Part shown: piece after piece, positions 52,621 to 64,000 of the stretch
Position numbering within the stretch: the stretch's first letter is position 1
Layout: each line of letters opens with the position of its first letter
Source: Harriotta raleighana
Taxonomy: Eukaryota
Direction: 5' to 3'
Length of the DNA: 64,000 nucleotides
NCBI GenBank assembly: GCA_050575255.1
Contig: JBNZDD010013730.1
Coordinates: forward strand, 5,944,015-6,008,014
Notes under the pieces: generated by a model
What the model was told of the DNA's origin: nothing
The model's input: the letters and a program-made list of their open reading frames with translations, nothing else
Databases searched by the model: none
Made by a program: the position numbers and the translations under genes

Positions 52621-53769
52621 TTCATTTAAGTAACACCTCAGTAGTGTATTGGGTAGATGAGGCTTCCATTGAAATGCTCCTGTGGGTTTGCAACAGTAAC
52701 TCTGTGCTCCTGGAGACATTATGATAACCCCACTGCCTCTGTATACCCAGAATGAAATAATATTAGTACAACATATTTTTGTTTTTTTGTTTTACTTCCA
52801 CAAACTAGAGAAACACATCAACAAAACTTTAGTTCCATGCTTGTTTGTTTTCTAATTTTGGATGTATGACACTTATGCTTTGAGGGACTGTTTGTTGTAT
52901 GCTGTGAACACTTTCCCATGGGAAATGGAATCAAGACAAGTCAGACTTCACTCAAAACTGAAATAGCCTTCAGAGAGAGAAGGCTTTTTATTCATCAAAC
53001 GCAAGTCTCTTTATCCCCAGTGAACCCAGGTCCCAGCAGTAAATGGCCATTGCACTCTCTCATTCTCTGGTCAGATTATTCGACGAAAATAAATTAAATG
53101 CAATCACTTTTAACAAAACTAATTCATTATGTATTTCAATTATAGCGCAGTGTACTTACATTTCCAGCAGTGCAGAACATTTCATGATTGCCAATTGATA
53201 TGTGTGTACATATGCGTCAAGTACGGTTCCTTAGTTAATTGATGCATATCTTTCATGTGTATAGATAGAGAGTCTTTGGAGTTGCTTTTGAAACCAAATA
53301 ATGTGTCATACATAAATGTTTTTTGTTTTTTATGTACAAGCGGATGTGAGCACTATCTAAAGAATATTTAGCACCTGGATTGCAGAAATGAAGAAAAGCA
53401 GTTTAGGATAAAGTGTGAGATTATCCCTTCAATTGGCCTATTATTCTCAGGCCTATGGTACCATATCCACAGATAAATAACCAATCCCCTAGACAGAATC
53501 AGTTATTACTGTTCAATCAGGATTTCTGCTATTGCTTGAGTCAATTTCTTTTGTTTCTGCTTTTATTTTGCAGCTTTTGAGCATCATTTTCACTGCTCGA
53601 AGTGAACCACCGAACTCTGAACTGAAATCCAATATGCTGAACAGTGGTGATTTCATATCCTGTTACAAGTGCATGAGGGTATCTTCAATATTCCCCCAAC
53701 TGCAGTTAATCGGATTTGAATGCAGAGTTCAAATAATAACATGGCTTTCGGATACCATGACTGACTCCA

Positions 53770-53885
53770 ATTTCTTCACCTACAAGATACACAGTCACTT
53801 TATAGGAAACCCTGTGAAACACTTTGAGATGTCCGCCTGTTATGAAAGGCACTATATTAAATGTAGTTATTGTATTATTGTATTC
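53770..53885 (+). mobile_element. Deu SINE tail fragment
   Basis: tacacagtcacttta...gtgaaacactttgagatgtcc...gaaaggcactatattaaatg. Confidence 0.75.
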
Positions 53886-53954
53886 TAACACAACAGCAAA
53901 AGGCAGTATCTTATTAACCATACGCTAATATATTACAAATCCCACTACTGTATT

Positions 53955-54295
53955 ATAATTAAAAGCATGATGTTTGGTGTAGTGTTTCTCGCGTCAGGAG
54001 AACATCACAAAGCACTTCACATGATGTACTGTGAAGTACAGTGACTGTGATTTATCCTGTTTCAGTGGCCAACAACTAGGCAGGACACAAGGCGAAACTT
54101 CTCATTTCAGTTGTGACATGCCAATATCCACCTGAACAGATAGGCAGGGCTCAGTTTAACATCTCATCTGACAAGGCAACATACCTTGGAACTTCATTGA
54201 AGTGTCAGTTTAGAGAATGGGAGTTCAAGTCCCGATCCCGGGCTCAAACCCGAGCTTTCGGACTCAGAGGCAAGAGTGTGAGCCAGGCTGGCAAA
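53955..54295 (-). mobile_element. SacSINE1-like SINE, tail-to-tail with the 53770 copy
   Basis: Reverse head ctcaaaccc...ggactcagaggcaagagtg, middle tccacctgaacaga...gtttaacatctcatctga and tail caaagcacttcaca. Confidence 0.8.
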
Positions 54296-54582
54296 CATTG
54301 AGGTCAACCATACACCAATCACAAAAATGAACAGTCTTTTCATTAAATCTTCGTAATGAGACCTTCCATTGTGTTAATAATGTCATCAGTCATGTTTCAC
54401 CTGTAACTTTCTCAGTTAGTGTGGAAGAAACTTAACAGAGATTCTTCAATTTTAATTTGCATAAATCATTCTTGCAGGGATTATCAGACAAAATTTAAAT
54501 CTAACATTATTTCTCGTACAATATACAATAATAGGCATCATTTCACTATTTGCCCACATGGTATTGCTAAATAAATGTTACA

Positions 54583-54949
54583 CAGTAAAACCCTGCTCGG
54601 GAGAGGGGGGGTCGACTAATTGACTGTGCCGGATAAACGGGGGACAAGTTGCTGAAAACCCAACATAAAAAATTAACTTATTTAAAAATATACCATGTTA
54701 ACAATAGACTAAATAGTAACAGAATATTGTATGGATACTTACCAATAAAGCATTCCAGCACACTCGGTAAAAAAGATCGTTAAATAAAAGCATTTACCGA
54801 TCGGTAAAAACCCAAATCCGTAATAAGTGCACCTGCACACACATTGCACGCTTGTGCAAAGTGAGCAAACTTGCGATTGCTGGAATGGGGATGGAGGGGG
54901 TCAAGCAATCCGGTTCATCGGCTCACGGATAAATGGGGGTTTTTAACTG
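54583..54949. mobile_element. pogo/Tigger-type (Tc1-mariner superfamily) non-autonomous DNA transposon / MITE
   Basis: Imperfect TIRs CAGTAAAACCC (54583) and GGGGGTTTTTAACTG (ends 54949). It is followed by TA; the left flank reads CA, a possible mutated TA TSD. The CGGATAAA(C/T)GGGGG motif occurs at 54630 and 54926. Confidence 0.7.
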
Positions 54950-57900
54950 TACTGAGCTGTGGAGGCAAAAAGGTCTCCAACTGGAATAACTGACCCATCA
55001 TATGAAATTGATAATTTAAAGCAAGTCGTAGAGAGAATGTGTGAGATCCTGTGCATCGTATGATTTGCAGCCATCCTTTTGATGCAACACTATTACTAGA
55101 ATTGAAGCTGTATTAATCCGTGTCAATGTGTTTTATTGGCATTGTATTTAATTCCAGCCAGAGTGCAAATTAACTGGTATCACCAAAACAGCTGACTGTT
55201 GGAATTAGGAAAATGCAAAGTCCCTACCTAACCCTCAGTATCGAGGGAGAGCTTTTATCTTCATTGAAGTATCATCTCTTTTCGCTTGTCACAAATGTTT
55301 CCATTAGCAAAACCCAGTTGGGTCTAACCATAAAATGTGCATTGAAATATTAACTCTTTCTCCCTGGACTTGATTTAGAGAAGACATTGGATATCCCTCA
55401 GTGCCTGCACAGGATCTTTAACATGATGGAATACAGACCTTACATGGTATCAAAACGGTGTTAAGCTTCATAGAGAAATAGAAAAGCTGCAAAGATTCAA
55501 CTTGGCATGGCCATAGGATTCTAGCTGGAATCATTTTACTTCTTAGAATGTTTTATACTAGAATGAGAAGTTGTATATGTTTGTTCTGCAGTGAAACATA
55601 GTTGCCCTGTTTCAATGCCAAATTTAATTTGGATTAACTGTATATGTATGCGCTTGCAGAACACTGCAAAATACTGTACCAAGGTGAATAATTAGGTTGA
55701 TATATATTATCATTACAAATTGCATGTATTATCACACCTTTCACTTAAAACTAACTGTCTTGAAGAATTTGTGAAATATAAATGAGTAGAAATGAAATGG
55801 ATGTTGTTTCATTGCCAAAGTAGCTGTTTACATCGCCAACAATTCCATGAACATATACTATATACAGTATTCCAATATATATAAGATCAATTGTAAAACA
55901 CTACACATAATTAAAAAAAGTTAAGTCACTGAAAAAGCACGATATCTTTCTTCACAATTTGCCTTCTTCGCACAAAACTATGATGTGCTTGCTGGGTTGG
56001 TCCTGGTGTTTTGATGATCATTAGAAGTATCGCTGGAGCTCAGTATTTGATTATTTAGATTGCAGCAATGCTCACATTGGAGTAGATAAAGGTAGACAAG
56101 AGAGAGCAACAGGAGGATATCCCAGGAAAGAAAGGGTAGGCGGGGAGAATCAGACTGCATCAAAGAAGTTTCTGATAAAGTAGTTTTCAGTGATGAATGA
56201 GCTCTACTTTCCACATTAGGACTGACAACACAATTATAGGTACACACATAAACAGAGACCGACTAATAACAGACTAGAAAATTAAACTTCTAAAATATGT
56301 GTCACAAAAAAATCACAAAACAACATATGATAAGATTAGGATACGTTTCTTATGGGGTTTTACAGAGTAGCTAGCTGGAGTGGGAACTTTCTGCAACCGT
56401 TCACGTGTTGAAATGAAAAAAAAGTAACTAAAGTGACGGCTCTAAGTTTGTCATTTTAGACTATGACTGACTTGATTTTTCATAATCAGCATCATGTCAT
56501 TTATGTTGCCAAATACACATAATTTTTCTTTTAAAATATATAAAGATCTACACATAGATTGTTTTGCCTATACATGTACAGAACAAATAGCATAAAAATA
56601 TTACACTTCTGGACATAGCAAACTTTTGGGATTTGACCAGGCATCTAATTCGCAAAGAGAGAATAGAAAGATTTACTAAAATGAAATAGAAAGAATTTCA
56701 GTGCCAATTAAATACGCTTCGATGTACAAATGGAAGAATGGATTAGAAATTGGATAAAGGAATTAGTCTGTCCTGTGTGAAACTGGGTTTATTTAATCAA
56801 TGTTGCGTCAAGAAAACTGGATTAGTTTTTCTTTAAGGCAGAGCTAAAACTTCCCAAACTAATTCAATTTAATAAGTATTCAGTCAATGAATGCAGCAAA
56901 AAGGCTAAATTGTAATGAAGACTAAGAAAGAAAGCAAGACTTAATTATATTCCTTTGGAGCCTAATGAATAAATTAGCCATGCTGTAGGCTTTTAGTTTG
57001 CAGAGAATTTATTACTGTTCCTATAAGCATCATGAGACAATATTGCTGGCCTTCAGCGCTGACGATGAAGCAGTCTAATTGTGCTAATCCTCCCCTTCAT
57101 CGCTACCTTTCACTTAACAGAGTTGAGTTCAACAATAACAGATACATCTTATTATTAAACAATTTATTTTGTTGATAGGTTGAAAGAGAAAAATGGCTGA
57201 AGAAAACTTATCTTACGTGATCTTACAACACATTTATTGTTCTTATATACCAATAAGAGCACCTGACAGCTGAGACCAGTCAAACAATATTCGGATTCCC
57301 CGGCTATCTTACCTGATCTTTAGACTCCAGTCTGGAGACAAGGATAGGAAATAGAAAGCCAATGAAACAGGAGCAAAATTGATCAGGTTCACCTCTGTGG
57401 TTGGCTTGAACATTTACTGCTGGGCACCTGCGGTGTACACTCAAAGTCCTTAGTGAATACACACTAGACTGAAAGCTACAGAAAGTGGACTGAAACAGAT
57501 AAACCTGTCTCTGTCTACAATCCCAGAGGTCCCTCACATTTTTTTTAAAAGGGAGATCATTGGTTATGCAGAAGGCCTTATCGCTGGGTTTGTCAAAACT
57601 GATCAGTGTGTCCAGCAGAGTGGACACAAAAGCAGAAACACTCTGACTATCGGTCAGATGTATATGAGCCGTCAAGGGAAGGGCTTCAGAAACAGACCAA
57701 CCATTCAGCTCTTTCTTTGGTTGTTCTGCTTGCACGAAGGGTCGTCACTTGTCCGTTTCAAAATAAGAGTATGTTTCAAGCCCCTCCTCCAAACACACAT
57801 TCAGGGCTATCATAAACTTGCCATGAAATCTTAGCAGCCTCTGTAGTTTGGCTCAACTCCACAACTTTGCATTGTTAGCAAGTCGAATCTTTTTTTCATT

Positions 57901-58277
57901 ATTGACTCCCAGTAAAATTCTTCAGGGAAGACAAAATACTCCAGATTGATAGAATGAAATGTGTTCCAGAGAATTGTTTAACAGTAAGAAGTTTGATTAT
58001 TAAAATATTCACACATATTTTCGCAGGGCCTGACTTCCTCCAACTTTATGACACTCACAACTCTGTTTTGACTTTACAGAGAGTTAATACGGAGTATCTG
58101 CACACAGCTCAATTGTATGAAAATCTTTATAAAGACTATCTTGTCAATTACAGTAGTACAGCAGAGCATGTTCTTGGACCAGCAAGGCACAAGTTTCATA
58201 GTCCACACACCTCTGTTTACCTAGCAATAAGTCGAACCTGGTTGTTTGTTGGATCCTGGATCACTTTTCCAGGGATA

Positions 58278-58481
58278 ACAATCCCTCATAAAAAGCAATA
58301 ACAATTTGGTCACTAAATCCATTATTGTTTGTGGGACATTGCTATACAGAAATGGCTGCTGCGTTTTGCCCACACATATACAATCTATATACATTTATAT
58401 TCACTTTACAGTGTATGTGAAGCACTTGAGACGTCTACAAATCATGAAAATCGCTATATAAAATGCATGGACTATTATTAT
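58278..58481 (+). mobile_element. Deu SINE 3' part (family 2)
   Basis: aatccctca..aaagcaataa..tttggtca, tgtttgtgggacattgct and tail gtgaagcac.ttgagacgtcta...cgctatataaaatgca. Confidence 0.85.
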
Positions 58482-58779
58482 GTTGCTATTTCACCTGTGA
58501 GTCCTAGCTTTGGATATAGGGCTGAGATAAGAGTTGCCTCGCTAACAATAAATACACAATACAGTATGTTTGAATTTGAAGAGATTCAACCAAAGGTCAA
58601 CTAGATGTGAACCCACAGCATAACATTGACCATGGTTCAGCATAAATTGACAGTGTCTTTCAGAGATACCAGAAACATTACAAGTGAAACATGAAGTGGA
58701 AATGTTCATATTGGTACTGAAGATAGGTTATCTTCAGAGATTAGAGTTTAAGACACATTCTTGTGTAAAGCCTGCTACA

Positions 58780-59378
58780 GTGCTCGCACTCTAGCCTCTG
58801 AGTCAGTAGCTTGTGGGATCAAGCCCTATGGCAGGACTTGGAATCACATTGTCTAAGCTGACACTCCAATGCAGTGCTCCAGGTGTGTTGTTTTCAAATC
58901 CCTCCACTCCTCTTCATCCTTCGAACTCTCCGACCTCTTCTCTCCTCAAACGAGCACCAGTTGCCTTGGCTCCACCGGGATCTGTATTGTGAAGTGCTCT
59001 GAGGCGCCGTCCGGCGTGGAGAGTGCTATATAAATCGTTGTTGTTGTTGTTGCATTATCACAGGTACCATCCTTCAGAATAGATGCTAAATGAATGTCCC
59101 AGGTGGATGTTAAAGATCCCACAACACAGTTCGAAAGAAGAAGAAAGTTTCTCCCGGTGTCCTGGCCAACAGTCAACCAAGTAAAATTGATCACTCACTG
59201 CACAGCTGTTTGTGTGACATAGCTGTCAATTTTCGCAACTGGCTGCCGTTTTTCACCCACAAAATACGATCAAACCACTTTTCAGTATATCCTGTGAAGC
59301 GCTTTGAGATAGCTCAATGACATGATAAGGTACTATATCAAACGCAAGTACAGTATTAGTATTATTAATTGTTATTAC
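58780..59378 (+). mobile_element. SacSINE1-like Deu SINE split by an L2 3' insertion
   Basis: Head (gcctctgagtcag...caagccc...gctgacactccaatgcagtgct) runs to 58890. The body resumes at 59053 (ggatgttaaagatccc, tttctcccggtgtcctggccaac, gtgaagcgctttgagat). Confidence 0.85.
58891..59052 (+). mobile_element. Short internally deleted L2 3' end inserted in a SINE
   Basis: ttcaaatccctccactcctc...ttgcctt and tattgtgaag.gctctgag.cgc.gtccggcgtggag.g.gcta.ataaatcg(ttg)n match the reverse complement of the L2 at 33545-33905. Confidence 0.85.
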
Positions 59379-59589
59379 TGGAGCAATGTGGAAAGAAAGC
59401 ATATGCTGTATCTCATGGTACTGTACTTTTGTATATTGTGATTGCTGAGGCTCAAAATACCATGCCAAACCCCAGACACTATCACTTTTGCATAGACTCC
59501 GCCAGCCTATAGGGCGCTTGGGGCACAATGGGATTTTGTGATAGTCTGACCTCGTGTTTACTGGTGAAATACATTTTCTTCACAACTTC

Positions 59590-59700
59590 ATAAATAATGG
59601 CGACGGAGGCTGGGAGGTGCTCCTCAGCGACCGTCTTCTCGGTTGCTTAGGCAACGCAGAACGCAAAATAAATTCCTTGTGACGCGTAATGCACTTCCAA
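59590..59700. promoter_or_regulatory. Promoter/enhancer-like CpG-retaining patch with an RFX X-box
   Basis: GTTGCTTAGGCAAC at 59642-59655 is a near-palindromic X-box. Nearby are AATGGCG (YY1-like, 59596), TGACGCGTAA (CRE-like, 59680) and CACTTCC (ETS-like, 59692); CpG density is locally high. Confidence 0.6.
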
Positions 59701-60934
59701 ACATCTGACATCAACTCACCAGGAACCGTAATGTCAGTTGTTCACGCATCAGTGGAAGTCATGAGGGACGGTCAGTTTGGTGATGGCACTTCATAATCCT
59801 TGCATTTTGATATAGCGCTTTCCTGAAGAAGAGCGGGGGCAATGGGAAATCTGACTCTTTGACCTGGGCCCTCACACATTTGGCTCCAGGAAAACCAGCC
59901 ACTTCTCATTACAGCTTGCCCCCAGAGGTGAGCTTATCTATGGAAGGAAATGCGATGCAAAAACAGCTTAATGGCAACGCCTGCTAAAAAATGAGAAATT
60001 GTTTTGATCCCCCCCTCCCATGCCGGCTTTCTTGAAGAGCACAACTATTTTGTGCAAAGAAAAGCAAAAACTTGCTACGCGCGTTAGAACGCAGAATAAT
60101 CAAAGGCACTTTGAAAACAAAATGAAATGATGGGACTAGCTTTGTCTTTAGCAGCCTTTTGTTAAATCCTTCTAATTTCAATCATTTCCCGAGCTCTCAG
60201 TATGCCCCAAATACGGAATCTGTCGACATAGTAACACAATGGTTCATTATACACTTTTACGGCATACCAGCTGGAGAGTAGAGCAAGCCCTTAAGCTACG
60301 GGAGGGGGAGGGAGGGAGGCAGCGTGTCTTGAGGAGGACCTTATTTTGAGAATCAGTTTGGTACAAAAGTTCTGAATATGACTCATCACTACCCACTTAG
60401 GGCATTCACCAAAAAAATCAGATCAGAAATGATTTTGCATCCGGCTGAGCAAAAAAAACACACACTGCACTCAAAGGCCATCACCAGCCTGCAGAACTCC
60501 AAAGTCGAATCAAGTCTGGAATCATCTTCCTTTTCTGTAATTTAAACCAACTGTTTGTTTCAAGGGTTTGAAACAAAGCCAAGGACCTTTGCCACCTGCA
60601 GAGAAAAGCTGCCTGAAATGAATTGCAATAAGTCACATCCTGTTTTGTACAACTGTGCAGGGGCATCTTTAATCAGGCTGTCGATCTCGTCTAACATACT
60701 CAATGAGAAGACCAAGTATTAGCTTCATTTTCTGAGCTCTAGCATTTCCAACAAGATTAATATGCCATAAAGTAAACATATTCTTTATCATGGTGTACTG
60801 TACTTTATCACATAATAAATATAACTTTCAGAACCAAATGTGCCATAAATAATTCAGTTTCCGAAATGTAATTTCATAATCAATTTTGTTTTGCATTATT
60901 TCATGGAAGACAACTTATAAATATGTTATGGGAG

Positions 60935-61332
60935 TAGCTTTTTGAATTGCAAACAATCTCACCTCTGATTCAGAAGGTTTTTGGATTCAAATTTTCCACA
61001 CTGGGACTTTGAGCTCAAGGTTTTGGCTGACATTCCAATGTGGTGTCAGAAGGACTGCTGCATTGTCAGTGATGCAGGCTTTTGGATGAAATATCCAAGG
61101 TCAGGTTTGTGGTTTAGAGGGATGATGAAGATCCCACGACACTATCTGAGAAGCGAAGGGAGTTTCTCCTGAAGTTCCAACCCTACATTATCCAAACACA
61201 GATTTGTACTGAGCCCAAACGTGTGGCTCGCATTACAACGGTTTCTGCAGGTACAGCCGCCGCTTATTCAAAATTTTCACGAAGTCTAACGAAGACATTT
61301 TGATGTTGTGATAAGGCACAAGATCAAAAACA
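60935..61332 (+). mobile_element. Older SacSINE1-like SINE
   Basis: ctcacctctgattcagaagg..ggattcaaat, ggctgacattccaatg, ctgcattgtcagtgatgc, aagatcccacgacactat and a decayed tail. Confidence 0.75.
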
Positions 61333-61333
61333 A

Positions 61334-61650
61334 GGGTGGAGGCCTGTAGCCTAGTGGGTAGAGCAGTCGACTTATAAGCGGGAGGCCTGGGTTCGATTCA
61401 AAACCTTGGGCAAGTTTCCTTCCTCTACACTTCTAATAATAATCCCTCAAAAAAAACAATAAAAAACTGGTCATTTTCAATCCATGACCGTTGGTAGGAC
61501 ATTGTTGTGTGCAATTGGCTGCCGGATTTCACCCACAAATATATACAATCAATTCACTTTACGGTATATTCTGTGAAGCGCTTTGAGACATCTAGAAGAC
61601 ATGAAACACGTTACATCAAATGCAAGGATTATTATTCTTATTCTTATTAA
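61334..61650 (+). mobile_element. Full-length tRNA-derived Deu SINE (family 2)
   Basis: A box tagcctagtgg, B box ggttcgattc, Deu core gtgtgcaattggctgcc and tail gtgaagcgctttgagacatctag...aaatgcaaggattattatt. Confidence 0.9.
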
Positions 61651-62464
61651 TGATCAGCATTATCAATATAAATACAGCATTCTAACTCAAAGGATCTGTG
61701 TGACTGCTAACTTTGTTCGATTGGTACCTGCAAATCCCCCCAAAATTAAAAACTCCCAGAATATATGTATTGGTGTATGTTTTTGTTGTTAAAGTTTCAT
61801 TCGAACTGGTCTCCTCTTCACAATGATATTCCTTCAGTCATTTTGATGGAAGTTACGTGCTCTAGTTTTGTGTCAAGTTGTTCCTCCTTTAAATATTCTT
61901 CTTTAGCCCTGGTGCAGACCTCCAGACCCAAGGGGATCTTGCAGCCCTTTGTCCTGTGTTCTCAGTCTTAGATTCAGCTGCCTGATACTATTTCCGTTTT
62001 ATTTTTAAAACCGATTTACTGCTGAGCACAATTCTGTGGGCAAGTATGAGCAGAGTATTTTACAGCAAAACATAAGATGCTTTGGATGGGGGTGGGCGGG
62101 AAGTATGCAATTAAGTGTAATGCAATTTTAGCAGCATAAAGCAAATTATAAGGTGTCTAATATTGAAAATAACTGTAGTACCTTATGATTAGTCATGTCA
62201 TTGACAAGCTTAGACTTGTTTATGCCAGAGTGGTTTGTAATTTGCATTCTTTAATGTTACATAATTAATTCTTGTGGTTGGATACTTAATCTGTACGGAA
62301 ACTATCAATTAAATTCAGGGAAATATCTTCAAAAATAGTAAGAATTAACAATAACTCTCCCTAATTATCCATGACCATGGGATCTTCTAAGCTGCTCAAT
62401 CTGAGAAACAGATCAGTGATTCATTTTTATTCTAAGAAATCCTACAGGAATTGATACATTTTCA

Positions 62465-62870
62465 CAGATGATCATCATCCTACTATTAATCATATCTATA
62501 AAACATCTCAAAGCTCTTCAGAGGATTTTACTGTAAAGTGTAGTGACTGCACATTTGTAGGCAAACACAGCAACCAAGTTGCACACAGGAATATCCCAGA
62601 AACAGCCTCGAAACGAGTGGTCAAATTTTATTTGGGGGATTGTTGGCCAAGATACCAGGAGAATCTCTCTCTGCTTTTCAAATAGCACCTTGAGATTTTT
62701 CAACCTCAGTTTAATACCTCATTCAAACAGTGGAATCACTAACAACGCAGCAAACCTGCAGCACTGCATTGGAATGGAATGTCAGTCTAGCCTGGGGTTC
62801 GTTCAAAGCCTGATGTGCTGCTCAAACCCACACATTTCTGACTCACTGGAGAGAATTCTACAAACTGAGG
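62465..62870 (-). mobile_element. SacSINE1-like Deu SINE
   Basis: Reverse head ctcaaacccaca..ttctgactca, middle ttggccaagataccagg and Deu core cagcaaccaagttgcacacag. Confidence 0.8.
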
Positions 62871-63951
62871 AAGGTTTTTGTCAAGTCATCAGGCTCGAAA
62901 ACCTATTAAGACATCTTCATTCAATGGGCACTCCAGATTTGGTCAGACACATGCTGCAGAGAGAGGATCAGTATCCACTTGTCAGCGATGCTATTTGGCA
63001 ATGCACATCAGAAGACGACAAGTAAATAGGACTTATAAAACACTTATATAATTTCATGCACAAGAAGATATTTCCAAATGGCTCACAAGGTCAAATTCAA
63101 ATCACAATGGTACAATTAACTTGCAACTCACTCCCAGCCAGCTGTTACCAACCATGCCACTGGAAGGACACAGGGGCTGGGCCTATCTTTGTAATTGAAG
63201 CACTTTTAACCTTTTCCAACGAATTCTTGATCGTTTTTAATTCACGACCCATTTGTCCAGAGATTTTGATTTTGAAAGCAATCATTCATATCTTACATTA
63301 AAAACTCGTCATTTTTGTTACGGAATCACAGCTGCTTTGATTATAACCGAGCACAAAGCTGCCCTTATAACCAACTGCAGATGTGATTAGCCACTGGGCA
63401 ACAGCCAAAGAACTTTGGGAAAACTCACACTGATAACTTAAGGTTGTCAGCTGACTTGTCCAATCAGATTTGCTTTTTCAAATCCATTCAGCTTTATATA
63501 GATTCCATGCTTTTTCTCATCCACTTTCCATCCCAATTCAATTTTGTCTTTCATACCCTCTCCAGTCGTTTTGTTCCAGTTCCTTTCTGAAACCTAGCAG
63601 AGTTGGTGTCATTTATTTTCCTCTCTCCCTCCCTGTGTTACGTACGACATTTGTGTGACAGTTTTTGATCTTCCCATTTTCCATCTCCACCTCCATGTCT
63701 TTTGCTGCGTTCCATTCCGCTTCACCTACTCTCTGATAAAACCCAGAAGTTTAAATGTTTGACCATGAATTAAAGGGAAATGGCAAGACAACTGTGCAGA
63801 GTGGAATATACAGTATTCCTGAGGACTGAATTGTATGAATAGAGCTTGACTCATGGCCTCCAGCAGGTAGCTGCAATTACAGGCTACTACAATTACTATA
63901 AAGTCATGTGGTACCACTGTACTTAAACAGTGAGTTGGTCTTTATTTTCTG

Positions 63952-63986
63952 ATATATATATATATATACTGTATATATAGAGAGAG
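63952..63986. repeat. (TA)n/(GA)n microsatellite
   Basis: Read directly. Confidence 0.85.
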
Positions 63987-64000
63987 TAGTTTCCCTCAAG

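Noticed and set aside
53200-53255. Short hairpin TATGCGTCAA/TTGATGCATA as a pre-miRNA
   Set aside because: The stem is only about 10-12 bp, and I recognised no conserved vertebrate miRNA here or elsewhere in the window.
59597-59650. ATGGCG start in the promoter-like patch
   Set aside because: The frame closes after 17 codons (MATEAGRCSSATVFSVA*); better read as a YY1-like motif.
61334-61400. tRNA-like sequence (also 22096-22170)
   Set aside because: It has A and B boxes but no complete acceptor stem and runs straight into a SINE body; this is a SINE head, not a tRNA gene.
62866-62905. CTGAGGA...GAAA as a hammerhead ribozyme
   Set aside because: The bases that should close stem II do not pair.
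1-64000. Remaining 60-120 aa ORFs in the track
   Set aside because: Most start at TTG/GTG, reflect AT-rich composition and lack recognisable domains; ORFs of this size are expected by chance in vertebrate non-coding DNA.

Overview
AT-rich vertebrate genomic DNA; there is no operon, CRISPR array, rRNA or true tRNA gene. The repeats (tRNA-headed Deu-domain SINEs with L2-type tails, L2 and CR1 LINE relics, a Penelope-type palindromic relic, a pogo/Tigger-type MITE) point to a cartilaginous fish, possibly a chimaera; this is inferred from repeat types only. I cannot recognise any cellular protein-coding gene. The only identifiable coding sequence is retrotransposon-derived, mainly an L2 ORF2 3' fragment at 33.5-34.6 kb. 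The window looks like a gene desert or large intron with several repeat-poor, homeodomain/POU/PBX-motif-rich blocks that resemble conserved non-coding elements. There is a CpG-retaining promoter-like patch with a near-perfect RFX X-box at about 59.6 kb, and a series of well-formed minus-strand splice signals ending in a poly(A) signal at about 5.75 kb (possible lncRNA). An unexplained 200-codon open frame lies at 5.7-6.3 kb. Two exact-overlap duplications joined by single Ns are probably assembly artefacts. Repeat boundaries are read by eye and approximate. I found no firm evidence for a new biological system; candidates are ranked below.
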